Shown: one piece after another, positions 13,025 to 27,092 of the stretch
How positions within the stretch are numbered: position 1 is the stretch's first letter
How the letters are laid out: each line of letters opens with the position of its first letter
NCBI RefSeq assembly: GCF_018977255.1
Contig: NW_024704742.1
Coordinates: 19,036,001 to 19,100,000, forward strand
Length of the DNA stretch: 64,000 nt
DNA from: Callorhinchus milii
Taxonomy: Eukaryota
Direction: 5' to 3'
Notes under the pieces: generated by a model
Databases searched by the model: none
What the model was told of the DNA's origin: nothing
What the model saw: the letters and a program-made list of their open reading frames with translations, nothing else
Translations under genes and position numbers: made by a program

Positions 13025-14799
13025 GTCAAAGGTAGGGTGGATCCAATTAGGGACCCGAGTGGAAATCTTCTTGTTGAGGCAGAGGGCATGAATGATGTAC
13101 TAAATAAGCACGTTGCAACTGTCTTCACAAAAGATGATGCAACCAATGCCACAATATTGTAAACGTGTGAACAGAAATTGGATATGATAAAAATCAACGG
13201 AGAGGAGGTACTAAAAAGGCTGTCGGTGCTCAACATAGATAAGTCACCTGGTTCGGACAGAATGCATCCTAGGTTACTGAGGGAGGCGAGGGTGGAAATA
13301 GCCACAATCTTTCAATCCTCTTTGGACACTGAAGTGGTGCCAAAGGACTGGAAGGTTGCAAGTGTTACTCCCCTGTACAAAAAAGGCAGAAGGATAAACC
13401 TGAGAAGTACAGGCCAATCAGCCTAACATCAGTAATAGGGAAACTTCTGGAGACCGTAATCCGGGTCAATATAAATTCTCACTTAGAAAAATATGGTTTA
13501 ATAAAGGACAGTCAATACGGATTTGTTAAAGGCAGATCGTGTCTGACAAATCTAATAGAATTTTTTGATGAAGTGACTGAGAGGGTGGATGAAGGTAATG
13601 CAGTAGACGTAGTTTATCTAGATTTTCAAAAGGCATTTGACAAAGTGCCACATAAGAGACTTATAAACAAAATAGAAGCCCACGCTATTAAAGGGACTGT
13701 GTCAACATGGATCCAGAACTGGCTAGGAGACAGAAAGCAGAGAGTGGTAGAAAAACGGTTGCTTTTCTGACTGGAGAGAGGTGCGTAGTGGTGTCCCTCA
13801 GGGGTTGGTATTGGGACCACTGCTCTTTCTGATCTATATTAAGGATCTGGATCTGGATATAGGGAGCACAATTTCCAAATTAGCAGACGATACTAAGCGA
13901 GGAAAAGTAGTTAATGGTGAGGAGGATAACACCAGACTCCAAGAGGACTTAGACAGATTGATAAAATGGGCAGAAACAATGCAGATGAGGTTTAATGTGG
14001 AGAAATGCGAAGTGTTGCATTTTGGTTGGAAGAATGAGGAGAGGCAGTATAAGATAGAAGGTACAATTTTTAAAGGGGGCAAATGAACAGAGAGACCTGG
14101 GGGTCCACATAAGCAAATCTCTGAAGGTGGCAGGACAGGTAGATAAAGGTGTTAAAAGGCATACGGGATACTAGGTTTTATAAATAGGGTTATAGAATTC
14201 AAAAGTCAGGAGGTTATGTTGAATATTTATGAAATGTTTATTAGGCCTCAGTTGGAGTACCGCGTTCAGTTCTGGGCACCGCACTTTAGGAAAGATGTTA
14301 GGGCATTGGAGAGGGTGCAAAGGAAGTTTACCAGGATGGTACCAGGAATGAAGGACCTTAGTTATGAGGAGAGGTTAGCGAAACTAGGATTATCCTCGCT
14401 AGAGCAGAAAAGATTAAGAGGGGATTTAATAGAGGTTTTCAATGTCATGAGAGAATTTGATAGGTTGAACAGGGAAAAACTGTTTCCACTGGCATGTGGA
14501 TCAGTAACCCGAGGACACCGATTTAAGTTAGTTGTTAAAAGAAACAGAGAGGAGTTTAGGAAAAAAATTTCACCCAGCATGTTGTTCGGATCTGGAATGC
14601 ATTACCTGAAAGGGTAGTGGAAGCCGATTCAATAACACTTTTAAGAGAGACGTATATGGGTATTTGGGGAGGACAGGATTGCAGGGCTATAGAGAAAAAG
14701 CAGGCCAATGGAATTGAGTTGGAGTCCTCTTTTCGGAGCCGGCGCAGGCACGATGGGCCGAATGGCCTCTTTGTGTGCTGTTTGATTCTATGATTCTAT
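13025..14799 (+). mobile_element. 5'-truncated CR1 LINE with disrupted reverse transcriptase ORF2
   Basis: KSPGSD, YLDFQKAFDKVPH, GVPQGLVLGP, LADDTK and LEYRVQFW motifs split by stops and frameshifts; GATTCTATGATTCTAT tail. Confidence 0.93.
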
Positions 14800-16859
14800 A
14801 AATCTTTGATTTTAACATTGCTTTGGATTGTACTGTACAGATCAGTAGTGCTCGCAATATGTTATAGAGCCAGAGAAGAGCATATAATTCAAGTCCACTT
14901 TAGTTTGAAATTGAAATTTCACTGCATGGGGAGAATGACCCCAACCATCTGTTTAAATCATCCCTGTAGGCTACTTGTTATTAATCATGATGATATTGAG
15001 TAATGGTGTCCTTGGTCCTTCTACTCATAATAGCCTATGGCAGTGGGGTTCTCGAGATCTATGTGGATAGTTCTGACTGTTATTTTCCAATGTGGGAGAT
15101 GAGAGGTTGACGTTTGTGCTACAATTACAAGCTTGTTGCTTACTAAATTTTCGAGTTTCCTCTGATGGTGTGAAACAAACTACTGAAATTCCAAGTCCAT
15201 GTAATTGGAGTCTGCTGTTGATTTCGATGCAGATGAGAGGTGCCAGTGGGGCTGAAGTGAGCTACTCTGCAGTGAAAAGTTTTTTCACTGTGATACTAGC
15301 AATGTTAATGTTAGAACATAAGTGTTAGCCTGGGAGCACATCGTAAACTTGTTAGCCGTGACATGGACTCCTAACATAGACAAGCTCATTAATATAGATA
15401 ATGCTGACCAGTAATGGTGCCCTTGGTCCTTCTTCTCATAATGATGTATCATAAACGCCAATGTCCACAATCAAGAGTAACAATAGAAGAGAGAATTCTT
15501 CAAGCTCAATCATTATCCGAAAGCCATGGAAACATTTGTTTATTGTTTGGACATCAGGATCAGGTCATTATCATAAATCTTCCTTGTTCTATTAACTCGT
15601 TTCAAATGTATTTTTTATTTTATTCAATTATTCGTATTTTTTTACTAGTCTTCCTTGTCGTACAATGGCATAGAATTGTCAAATCGTGTCCGTTGAGAGA
15701 TACAATAAATAAGAGCCTGATGATACATTCCTATTGTTATTCTTCCTAACCCTTTATATCATTGAGAAAGTACAACAGGAGTTGACTTAACCCATCATGT
15801 TATTAGATCATGGAATCAATTTAGATTTTTAAAGCCATTTCGTTATATTTTCCCCTATCATTGTCTTTCCAAATAAGGTGGAAGCCACTTAAGCTGGACA
15901 TATCAGGGCCAGCCATTTGTCCGGCTTTTGTGGCACCTGAGGTTAACCCAAGTTCGTCCTGTGCTGCAGAGGAGTGGTGGTGGTGCCTCCTCCCTCCCCA
16001 TTCTGAATGGCTGGAGTCTGCTGTCAATCAATCGCAATTTGACTCCTCCCTGGAGTTGCTCGTGGCTGATTGGAGCCGCTCGAGACACAGAGTGAGTAGC
16101 CAAAGTGGCGACCAGTGGGGTATGTTGTCTGAACTAACCGGCATTTAAAATGAATTGGGGCTGAGCATTTTGTCCGATTTACTTGGTGTTCTGGGGTTAA
16201 CTAACATCCAGTTTAAGCAGCTTCCGCTGTATCTATTTGCTGTCAGCTATGATTCCCCCACACACGCTCCCCCCTCCCCCAGCCTCAGGATAATGAGTGA
16301 GCTTTAAGAATTTTGTTCTCCATTGTTACTCTTAATCACAGAGATTGGGATTTGAGTGCAGCTACAATTGCCAGCCGTTTTGTGACAAACAATGTACACA
16401 ACTATTACTGTTGGGATAAAAGATATAATTGTTCACAGAAATAGTCATAACAGAAATTTAGTGTTTGTGTAATAAAAGCCACGTTTGACTGCAAATTCAG
16501 AAATTCACCACAGGTGAAAAAGCATCTGAAAAGTAGGATCCTACATCTGAATTGAATTGGTGACTGGGGATGCTCCTTTATGGATTAAAAAAGGAAGGAA
16601 AGTTTGGCCTCACAACAATTACTGTATATAAGAAATCATACCTCTGATATCGTGAACTGCCATAGATGAAGCTCAAATAGATTATTTTTCTTTCAGTGTA
16701 TAAAACAAAATCATTCTTTTCTTCTTATTGTTTTATCTTCAAAATAGGGACCACGAGAAATTAATAATGGTAATCCTTACATTTGTTACAGAGTCTTTCG
16801 CGTTGGGATAACGTTTCAAAATGCTTCACAGAATATACTGTAAACTGCAGTGACTGTGT

Positions 16860-17078
16860 GAAATTCTACCTGGAACTAATTTATTCTATTAATGTAGAAT
16901 TTTGGAACATCTGGAATTTCGCAAATTGTTGATCTCAGTTTTAACGGTGACACTGGTTTTCAAATCATTTTAAAAATAAAATTTCAGAAATCCAGTTTCA
17001 AAATTAAGGCTTTATTTAAGAAATTGACAAATTCTGTATGCTCTAAAATTCTACTTCGGTAGACCCAGGTGGAATTTC
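16860..17078. mobile_element. Fold-back / MITE-like element
   Basis: Inverted ends GAAATTCTACCTGG...CCAGGTGGAATTTC plus inner GTAGAATTTT/AAAATTCTAC. Confidence 0.55.
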
Positions 17079-19049
17079 TCCTAGCTAAACAATATACTAT
17101 AGAGAGCAACTCTGAATGGCAAGCAATTGATTAGTACTTTTTTATAGAATGTGAGACAAGATAAGAAAAGATCCTCAGTTATTGTGTTACTTTGAAACAA
17201 GATGTTAAACTGGGGTGTAAAATACAATATTTGCAAACAGGATTTGATGTGTTCATTACAACTTCTTGTTTGCGAATATTGGATTATGTAATTTGGCACA
17301 GTTGAAAATTGTTTATCTCAAACTGGAACAATCTGAGAAAAGGCTAATCTGCAAAAACACTGACCAGAAACAACTGACGGTTTGCTCACCGGCATTTTTT
17401 TGAATCGGGTTAACTTTGTTTTCTCGGTTCACAGAGCATCAATTTCGCAATTTGATATTGACAAACAAGAAGCTGGAAACCACAAATCATTTGGTCAAAG
17501 ATTTTAAACATGGCAATACTCTCTCATACCTCTTAATTTATTCCTTCACCAAATATGAATCAATTTCTTGCTTGAATTTGCTGACATAATCTGTCTTCAT
17601 CAATTCCCTGAGTAGTTCATTCAACATATATATCACTCTTTGTGTAAAGTAATGAAATATAAAATTTCTGTTCACATTCCATCTTCTGAGCTTGAATCTA
17701 TATTTACTTGTGGAGTTTGTGGTAGGGTTCAGATCATCTATACCACACAGTCATTACGATTTACAGTGAAGGGCTTTGAGGCATCCCCCCGGTGTGAAAA
17801 GCACTGTATTGGAAGCAAGGATTATCATTGATATTATTTTATTGATACCCATTAGAATCTTGCTACTTCAACAAATTTTCCCCTGGCCTTCTCTTCTCAC
17901 TACTAACTCCTGTAATATTAATTAGCAGAATAAAATATAATAATCCTTGTATTTGGTATAGTGACTTATTACATTGTCAAGACATTTCAAAGAGCTTCAC
18001 GGGATATACTGTAAAGTTGTATGCCTGTGTATTTTGTGGGCAGGATATACCAAAGCTGCAAAATATACACATCAATTACTATTGGGATTCCCAACTCGCA
18101 AATGGCAACTCCATCTGTTAACAGGATGTCTGTCATCCTGACCAATGTAATCTCCACTCTGACCCGATCTACTGGATTGGAGATCCCATGGGTCAATATG
18201 ATGTATTTCCAGTTACTGGAGGAGTCCAGTCCATTTGCAACTCAGAATCAGTTTCCAATAAATTACCAGAGTCTCCACCTTTAGTCCATAGATGAGAAAA
18301 AACTTATTGTGTGCATTCTTTGCAACCATTTATGTAAGAATATCCAAAACACTTTCTACATTTATCCCACCAAAGTAGACAAAGTCAGCCTGAGCTACCA
18401 TCAGCAATATCTGCATTTTTATTAAAGATACCTGATAGATCTTAAAAAATGTAAAGTTGAAACTTGAACATCTTTTTACCAAGAGACAAACAATCTCATA
18501 AGACAGGCTGGTGTTGATCACTTCAGGAGCTAAATAGAATCAAACCACAGGAAACCATTGACTAGCAAATCAATATGTCCATTTGCTATACACAAGAAAG
18601 ACACAATTTGAACATAAGAGTTTGTGGTAGGCTTCAGGTCATCTATACCCTTTAGAATGCCGGCAGTTCACTGGAGATTATTTTCTCCTTGGGCTGACAT
18701 TTTGTGTAGATTTTTAGCTCATGCTCCGTGATGCTGAAAAATATAATGATATTACATGAATAAAACCACTTAAACATTAGGAAAGCTTTTATTACTGCAA
18801 TCTTAAACCAAAATACAAACAAGAACAGAAGTTTAAGCAAAAATGAAATAGATTTTAAAAAACAATACTTATATTCACCCTTGGCCTTCGATCCCTATTT
18901 TCTCTTCCTTCCTGTTCTATTTCCTTTTGTATTTTATTTTAACTTTAACTATAGTGCTGCATTTATTTCCAATCCACAGCTTCTGCCCCTTAAAAATCCC
19001 ATTAAAGAAACTGCGGAATTGTCAGCGGTGCCAACCTGCGGATGATACA

Positions 19050-19398
19050 TTAAAGCGAGATACTGTCTCTCCGTTCAGGTGGATATTCAAGAGCCCATGG
19101 CAACACAGTACAATACAAATTTACATTTATATCGCTTCATTCACATCAGGAGGACATTCCAAGGAGCTATTTGAAAAGAGAATGGAATTTCTCCTGGTGT
19201 CCTGGCCACCAATTCACCAAATAAAATAGGTTATTCATTTCATGGCTGTTTGTGGAACATTGTTGTGTTCAAATTGGCTGCTATATTCATCTACAAATAC
19301 ACAATCACGCCACATTACAGTAAAACCCTGTGAAGTGATTTGAGACATTTTGACATGATGAGTTGCTATACCAAATACAAGTATGATTATTATTATTA
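19050..19398 (+). mobile_element. Decayed Deu-like SINE
   Basis: GGATGATACATTAAAGCGAG...CAGGTGGATATTCAAGAGCCCATGGCA, with (TTA)n tail. Confidence 0.55.
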
Positions 19399-20619
19399 TA
19401 AACAAGGCCGTTACTCTTTTTTGTGGTTCTGGATGAGTTAAGAACCTGAGGTAAACTGATATCACATGATGGATTTCCCCCCATACTTTATTGTCCCTGA
19501 TATTGTCTATTGATCTATGGCTCTGCAGCATTACAAGCTGTTTCACTGAATTGTCTTAAATGTTACTGAGTTTTAGGCATAATTAATAATCGTGGAAAGG
19601 GAAAATTACTGATAAGATACACTTTGGTCAGAGTGAAAAAATGTGAGATGGAATTGGTATGTCAGCATAGACTATATGAGTTCCAAGTCCTGATGTGGGA
19701 GCTTCAACCTACAACCTTTTAACTTAGAGGCAATAGTGCTACCAACTGAACCAGGCTGACAAACCTCGGAGTCTCACCCTCATTTCAATTAAGAAATACC
19801 TAACACTGCTTATATGCACGTATCTACAGGTTAATTATTATCCAACTTGATATGTGAACTGTTTAACAACAACAAATTACATCTGTATAGAGCCTTTCTA
19901 GTCGGGAGGATGTCCCAAAGCACTTGACAGTAAGGGATTCAGAATAAAAATCAAGTGGACGATTCTAAGTTGGATACAATTATTCACAATACTCCTGAGA
20001 GCTTTACATCTGGAGTGGAGAATTGCATGTTAGCAGGAGTTTGATTGTGGTTTTGGCGGCATTACAAAGAGATTGTGCTTGCGTGTGTTTGCTTATGCTG
20101 TGTCAATTCCTATCAAAGATTGTATTACCTTGATAGGTCGGTAGTGCACTTCAATACTTGTCACCAAACGTCACCGCTGTAAAAGTTATTGCATGCCATG
20201 TAACATTCCCATTAAAGAGATATTCAGATGCCAAAGGATGAGGAGAAATAAAAGCAATTGTGGATCAGAGAAAGGCTAGAGTATGACAGAAGCAGAGGAA
20301 ATAATTGATAATGCTGGAGAGGCTTGTGCAAGAATAATTACTTTTTATTCCATGCTGGACTTTTCATTAATTTTAGAGGGAATTACCAGTCTGTTTGTCA
20401 AATACATTGAGAAATGACACAGAGTAATATAGATTTATGTATTTTTTTACTTTGGGACTGCAATAATCCTTCATGGCCCTTCACATTGCTACCCACTTGT
20501 TTTCTTTCAGTTATGGAGAAAGCAATGGTTTCTTTTGTTTTCGTAATGTGAAAAAACGTTTTACTGATGTTTTTCTTCTAGTTATAAAATAATTCCTCTA
20601 GTTTCTTCTAGTTGTCTGT

Positions 20620-20860
20620 TTATTTTGTGGGCGAAATGCAGCAGCCAACTGCACACAGCAGTGTCTCACAAACAGTCATGGATTGAGCGTCAACATTATT
20701 TTTTTTAACCCCAGGAAGTGATCCGCCAATTATCTAACAACCGGGTTCCCACTTAGTGGTAGGTAAACAGAGGGCTATGTGTGGAGTAAGGAAACTTGCC
20801 CCAACCCACCCAGGAATCAAACCCGGGTCCTCTTGCTTGCAAGGTGAGCGAGCTCACTTC
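20620..20860 (-). mobile_element. tRNA-headed SINE fragment
   Basis: Shares GTGGAGTAAGGAAACTTGCCC and the B-box region with copies at 51406 and 62811. Confidence 0.65.
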
Positions 20861-22754
20861 AACCAACGACTTGCATTTTACACAGCACCTATCACATAGA
20901 ACAGTTTATTAGCTTATTATTGGAAGCGGCAATTGACACACACAATTCCATTCTCCTGAGAGGATTGTGGCCCGACACAAATCCATGACCAGGCTTCTGA
21001 ACACACTTTTCCAGGAAAGTCAGAGCACTGTGGCAGATCTGATACGCAGGCTCACTGTTGTGTCTGGCACTTCATTCACCCCTAACTACACTGGAAATGG
21101 ATTAATCTGATCAGTGCAGCCTCCCCTTAATCCTAAAGGTTTAATCACTATCCCAACCTGCAGAACACAGAAAGAAAAACAAATGTTTAAAAAAAGTGCT
21201 CTCTCAGAATTCGTATCACAATAACAGTCTTAAGGTAAAGTAAATGAAGTGTCTAATTGGCCGAACTGCTCAACACCCCAAAATATTCTGCGAGCACATG
21301 TATCTCATGATCTAATAACCCTGAGTCCTTTTGGGGTGGGTGGGGGTGGTCAGCCGTGTGTCTGACACATGTGGAAATCCATCACCATGCTTAACAGTAA
21401 ACACATGGAAACCCCAGAGATAGATTGTTGGAATGGAATGCGCACTCTCTCCCTAAAGGGACACATCCTGCTTACCTAATTCCAGAGAGTATTAGGCGCA
21501 GGTTGGCAAGAGCCAAGGCTTGTGGACCCCAGAGGGTTGCATTGGGGGTACTGCGAGAATCTAACTAACTAAAACCTGCATCGTTTGCCATTGAGATTGC
21601 TGTCTGGCAAGCTTACCCACTGCTTTTGCATCTAGGACCACCCTAGCATTTAGGGCTTTGTCTTGCAGTGTTAACAGGAACTGTTATTAATACGAGTTGA
21701 TAACTGATTGATTGACATGAACATATCAATCTGTTGTAATATTGCTCCAAAAATCATCTTTTTCTCTGTGTATTTTCAGTTTAATCTGTATGTAATCACA
21801 CAAATAGGCTGTGCGAATGTAATGTTCCACTTGCGTATCACCCAAACCCTGTACACAATTCTCTTGCACTTCCCATTGGGGTTTCTTGTTTTGTTGTCCT
21901 TATTTTTTAGGCTAACCAGTTCATAATTCAGAATATATTTAAAGTAAAAGCAATTGAACTATTGTTACCTTAGACTCAGAAAGTGACAACAATAAACAGT
22001 AGAACTATTTGTCCTGTTATCTGCGCTGGATCTAAACACATGAGGCTGACGCACAAATGCAACACTGTCATTCATGAAATGTTTATTAGTTTCAAATTAT
22101 AAGAATGAATTATAGGATACTTGTACATCGGGGGAGAGAGCCAGTCTGCTCTAAAATAAAACATCTAAACATGAACCCAGAGGACATGATTCTATCAGTG
22201 TAATTTAAACTACTGTACCAACATCTGCTTCCATACTAGTTTTTAGATTTTGCTTTTGTAACATTTTCTTAAGCTTTAAATGCCATCATTTTTTAAAATA
22301 AACAAAATGATTGTAATGAATGAATCTACCTATTCGATTTACCAAAAGAGTGGGTAAAGGAAGATTTTGTTTACTATCATTACAATTGATCTTGGACTGC
22401 GTAATCTTTTTTCTTCTAAATACAAGGCAATTGGTTCAGAAAATAACTTGTGAAAAACGTAAAAAAATTACTGAATAGTTAGCCTACAATTTACATGATG
22501 AAGTGGAGGGACCAGACAGAGCTGTCTAAGAAGGACAGGATGGCTGCTTTGAGCTGACATTGATTTGTTGATGTACAGGATCACAGAGTAGTTGGAGGTG
22601 CAGTTAGGCCTTTCATTCAACATGTAGCAAATTCATCATATCAGTTGCAGGAACTGAGGACCTGTCGATTGTAGGCTGGATGCCTTCACATGAAATTGGA
22701 GATCACAAGTCAAACCATCAAGTGTATCTAAAATATCCCCAAAGGACAGTCACA

Positions 22755-23070
22755 GAATAATAATACAGTACTTGTGTTTTCTGTAAAGTGTATTTGTAAG
22801 TGAAACTGACAGCCAATTTGTGCAAAGCAATGTCCCCAAAACAGTCATGAAGTGAATCGCCAATTTTATCTGTGGCATTGTTGGCTAGGTCATGGAGAGA
22901 AATTCCCTTCTCTTTTTTTGAGTAGTGCCATGAGATTTTTAATACCCACCTGAGCAAGCAGTTTAATTTGTCATCCAAATGATGCCATCTCTGACAAAGG
23001 GGTGCTCGTCAGAGTATCACACTGGAGCCCTAGACCATGAACTCAAATTCCTGAGGTGGGGATTTAATAG
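22755..23070 (-). mobile_element. Decayed Deu-like SINE
   Basis: Reverse-complement match to the 11540 element. Confidence 0.5.
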
Positions 23071-25702
23071 AGATCTGAACAAAGATTGTCTATCTGACAT
23101 CTACCAGAGGAAGGTAAAACACAATATGGGAAGGAAGGTAGTTGCTGCTATCAGTTGGAAGAGTGCTATGTATTTGTCAATAAAATCACTGAAACCTGCC
23201 ATAATTCCTTGGCAGCTCAAACTGTTTATGTTTTGGTGGGTACATTTTCTATTCTTCAACCACGTGTTATTCAGAGGGCTGAGATTACGGGAGACATTCC
23301 CTGGAAGAACCTCAGCACCCTTACTGTAGGACACAATTCATCCATCAGAAAGCACTTCATTACTAAGTCTATGTTAAGTGGCATCAGAGCTGATTAAAGC
23401 AGCCTCCTCCTGCTTCTCTGAAATGATTTGCCATCCCTTCTGTGGCATTGTAAGAGCTCATAAGAATTTCATGAGTGCACCACTTCAAACAGACATTGGC
23501 TGTGATTACAGAATATTGTGGCTATGGTTTAAATTGATCAGTATTGAATGGCTTTTGATGAGCAACAATGCGGCAAAACCACAGCCTAACAAGATTAAAT
23601 ATACATGTAATCTTATATGTATTTGGAGCATCTAAACGCAGAGAGATTGAGATTTTAAGGGATTTCAGAGCCAGCTTTTAATGTGTTACAGAGGCTTCTG
23701 GTCTATTGGAAAGAGATGTAGTGGCCCACCGCCCCATCCAGGGAGGCCACAGGAGGCCACGGTAGGTTTATATGTGGGTCCGTGGCAATGTTTGGAATCC
23801 TTAGGAATCAGAGGTCACCCTTATATAAAGGCCACTTTGGTCCAGTCCCCTGAGTGGTTGCTAAAAAACGGTTTGACTGATGTATACGTAGAGAGAGAGA
23901 GAGATGACTAAATATTCCATGGGATCACAGTGGTTCTTGTGTTGCTGAGGAGAGTGGAATGTTAAATAAAACAATAATCTTTGCATTTGGTATGCACTTT
24001 AACTTTTGTGAGGGTGTCTCAAAGTGTTTCGCAGGATTTACTGTGAAGTGTAGTGACTTTAGGTGAACACAGTAGTTAATTCAGGCTGTCAGTGTCCCAC
24101 AAACAGCCATGAAGTAAGTGATCAATTTTCTCGGGGGGGATAGTTGGCCAGGGGACCAGGAGAAATTCAAACTTATCTGTGATTATCTGTAACCCACTGG
24201 TGATTAGGTCATTGAACAGCAACAATGTGTGAATAGATAATTCTGGAGTTTTGCTCAAATATCTTTGGAAGAAGGAGTCAGGGAGGATATGCGTCTCGAA
24301 GATTCCTTATTTGAGAATGGTCTATGGGCCGCATAAGCAATATTTTGTGTTTCCCTTCCAGAAACATAACAACATTTACACAACACCCTTTTCATGTTGG
24401 AAGGACATCTTGACACTGTTGGCTGGGCAGCTGTGCTGGGGCTGGGAGATGAGAGGGGGGATGCGGAGGGGATCAAAAGTGTAAGGTCTTGATGTGCTTT
24501 GAAAAAAAAGAGGGAGAGAATTGGAGGGACTCCAGGAATGGAACTCCAGAGAGTGGCAGCAAAATGGTGAGGGTGAGGAGGATAGGGTGGAGGGACATGA
24601 AGCAAACTGGTGTTTGCTCTGCAATGGGCATGGCCAGGTCGAGTGGTCACACAGAAGGGTCGGAAGGTTGCAGAGATAGGATTGAGGTGGAATGAAGGAC
24701 GTAGAGATGTTTTTCACTGGAGAAAATGGGAGCTTTCTGTGGGGAAACTGCACGGCACATCACTCTGTGTCTGTCCTTGTTCCCCCGCACAGTGGACGAG
24801 GGAGGCTCCGATTGTCTATCCAGACAGTGAACCACAAAACACTGCCCTCACTTCTCCTCCATCTCTGCTCTCTCACTTTTTTCTCTCTCTCTCTCACACA
24901 TTCTCTCCATACGCTCTCAAACTCATTCTCAATCACCCATGCTCTCTCTGCTTGTCCTGGTGAACACTAAAATGAACAACAAAAACAGCAAATGTTGATT
25001 GTGTGGCTGACAGTGTGAGCCATGTGGTAGAATGTACATGGTTTGAGTCCCATGATGGACCTTAAAGATATCCTGGCACTATTTAAAAAATGAAGGGAGG
25101 TTCTCCCAGTTTCATGACCAATAAATCCTCCATCTTCATGGTTGCTTGTGGGATATGGTGGGTACCAATTGACTGCTGCATTCGTCTTAAAAAAATGCAT
25201 AGTCACTGCATTTCACAATTAATCCCGTAAGGTGTTTTGAAAAACTTTGACAGCATCATACAGCCTGCTATGTTTCACCCACAAAGTACACAGTCAATCC
25301 ACGATACCCTATATCCTGTGAAGTGCTTTTAGATGTCTCAGGGGTGTGATAACGCGCAATATCACATGTAAGGATTATTATAAGCATCATTATTATATCA
25401 AATCCAAGGATTATTATTGTATTATTATAAATTGCTGAAGCATCCTGAGTTGAGAATTGGATCTTTCATACACATTACTTTTAACCAAGATTGATTGATG
25501 ATGATATCGGGAGCCCAAAGAGAGAATGCCATTTCATTTCTTAGCACCAGCATTGCTTGCCTTAATGAGCACAAATCCACCTGAAAAATGTATTGTGTTT
25601 CATCAAGATATTCATCATCCTGCTTATATTGTACTTCCACTGTTGCATTATCACAGAGGTTATTCAGAGAAAGGTTTCAGCTCTTATTTAATAAACTCTA
25701 TA

Positions 25703-26911
25703 TTAGAATACATTAGAATATATAGCACAGAAACAGGCCATTCGGCCCAACTGGTCTGTGCCCGTGTTTATGCTCCACATGAGCCTCCTCCTGCCCTTCC
25801 TCAACTAAGCCTTCAAGCATAACCTTCTATTCCTTTCTCCCTCATGTACCTATCTAGCTTTCCCTTAAATACATCTATGCCATTTTCCTCAACAACTCCT
25901 TATGGTAGCATGTTCCACATTCCCACCACTCTCTGTGTGAAGACATTTCTTCTAACTTCCCTATTTGATCTATTTGTGACTATTTTATATTTATGGCCCC
26001 TGGTTTTGGTCTCCCCCACAAATGGAAACATCTTCCTTATTCTACCCTATCAAAACCTTTCATTATTTTAAAGACCTCTATCAGGTCGCCCCTTACCCTC
26101 CTCTTTTCAAGAGAAAAGAGTCCAAGTATGTTCAGCCTTTCCTGATAGGTATAACCTCTCAGTTCTGGGATCATCCTTGTGAATCTCCTTTGCACCCTCT
26201 CCAGTACCTCTACATCCCTTCTATAATGTGGGGACCAGAACTGCACACAGTATTCTAAGTTTGGCCTAACCGAGGTTCTATATAAGTTTACCATAACTTC
26301 CCTGCTTTTCATTTCTATCCCTCTAGAAATGAACCCCAATGCCTGGATTGCTTTCTTATGGCCTTATTAACCTGCGTTGCTACTTTTAGTGAATTGTGTA
26401 TGTGTACCCCTAGGTCCCTTTACTCCTCTACCCCATTTAGGTTTTATTTTCTAGGATGTATGTGACTTCCTTATTCCATCTACCAAAATGTACCACCTCA
26501 TACTTTTCTACATTGAAATGCATTTGCCATTTAAATGCCCATTCAGCAAGTTTATTAATGTCTTGCTGTAATTTGTTGCAGTCTTCCTCTGTATTAACTG
26601 CTTCCACCAATTTGGTGTAGTTCCGCAAATTTTGAAATTGTGTTGCTGATTCCCGAATCCAAATCATTAATGTATATTGTGAACAACAGAGGACCCGATT
26701 CCGATCCTTGTGGAACACCACTGCCCACCCCCTGACAGTCTGAGTAGCTACCCTTTCTTTACCTCTACTCTCGGTTTTCTGTTTTGCAGCCAGCTTGCTA
26801 TCCATTCTGCTATTTTTTCCCTGACTCCACATGTTCTGACCTTATTCATTAGTCTATTATGTGGTACCTTATCGAACGCCTTTTGGAAATCTAAATATAT
26901 TACATCTACTG
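25703..26911 (-). mobile_element. 5'-truncated CR1 LINE with disrupted RT
   Basis: LEYCVQFWSP, RGDLIEVFKIM and FNVEKYEVVHFG motifs on the minus strand, with frameshifts. Confidence 0.92.
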
Positions 26912-26984
26912 AATTATTTTATTAGCTTATTGATCTATTTCTCTGTCTTACGATAACATTGATCAAATCCTATTTACTTCAACT

Positions 26985-27092
26985 GTCGCCCACACATATA
27001 CGGTCAATTCACTTTACAATATTCTGTGAAGCGTTTTGACACATCTGGAAGACATGAAAAGCACTTTATCAAATGCAAGGATTATTATTATA
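26985..27092 (+). mobile_element. SINE 3' fragment
   Basis: ...ATCAAATGCAAGGATTATTATT tail. Confidence 0.7.

Noticed and set aside
13025..14799. Active reverse transcriptase gene
   Set aside because: 5'-truncated, several stops and frameshifts, and the catalytic motif reads LADD
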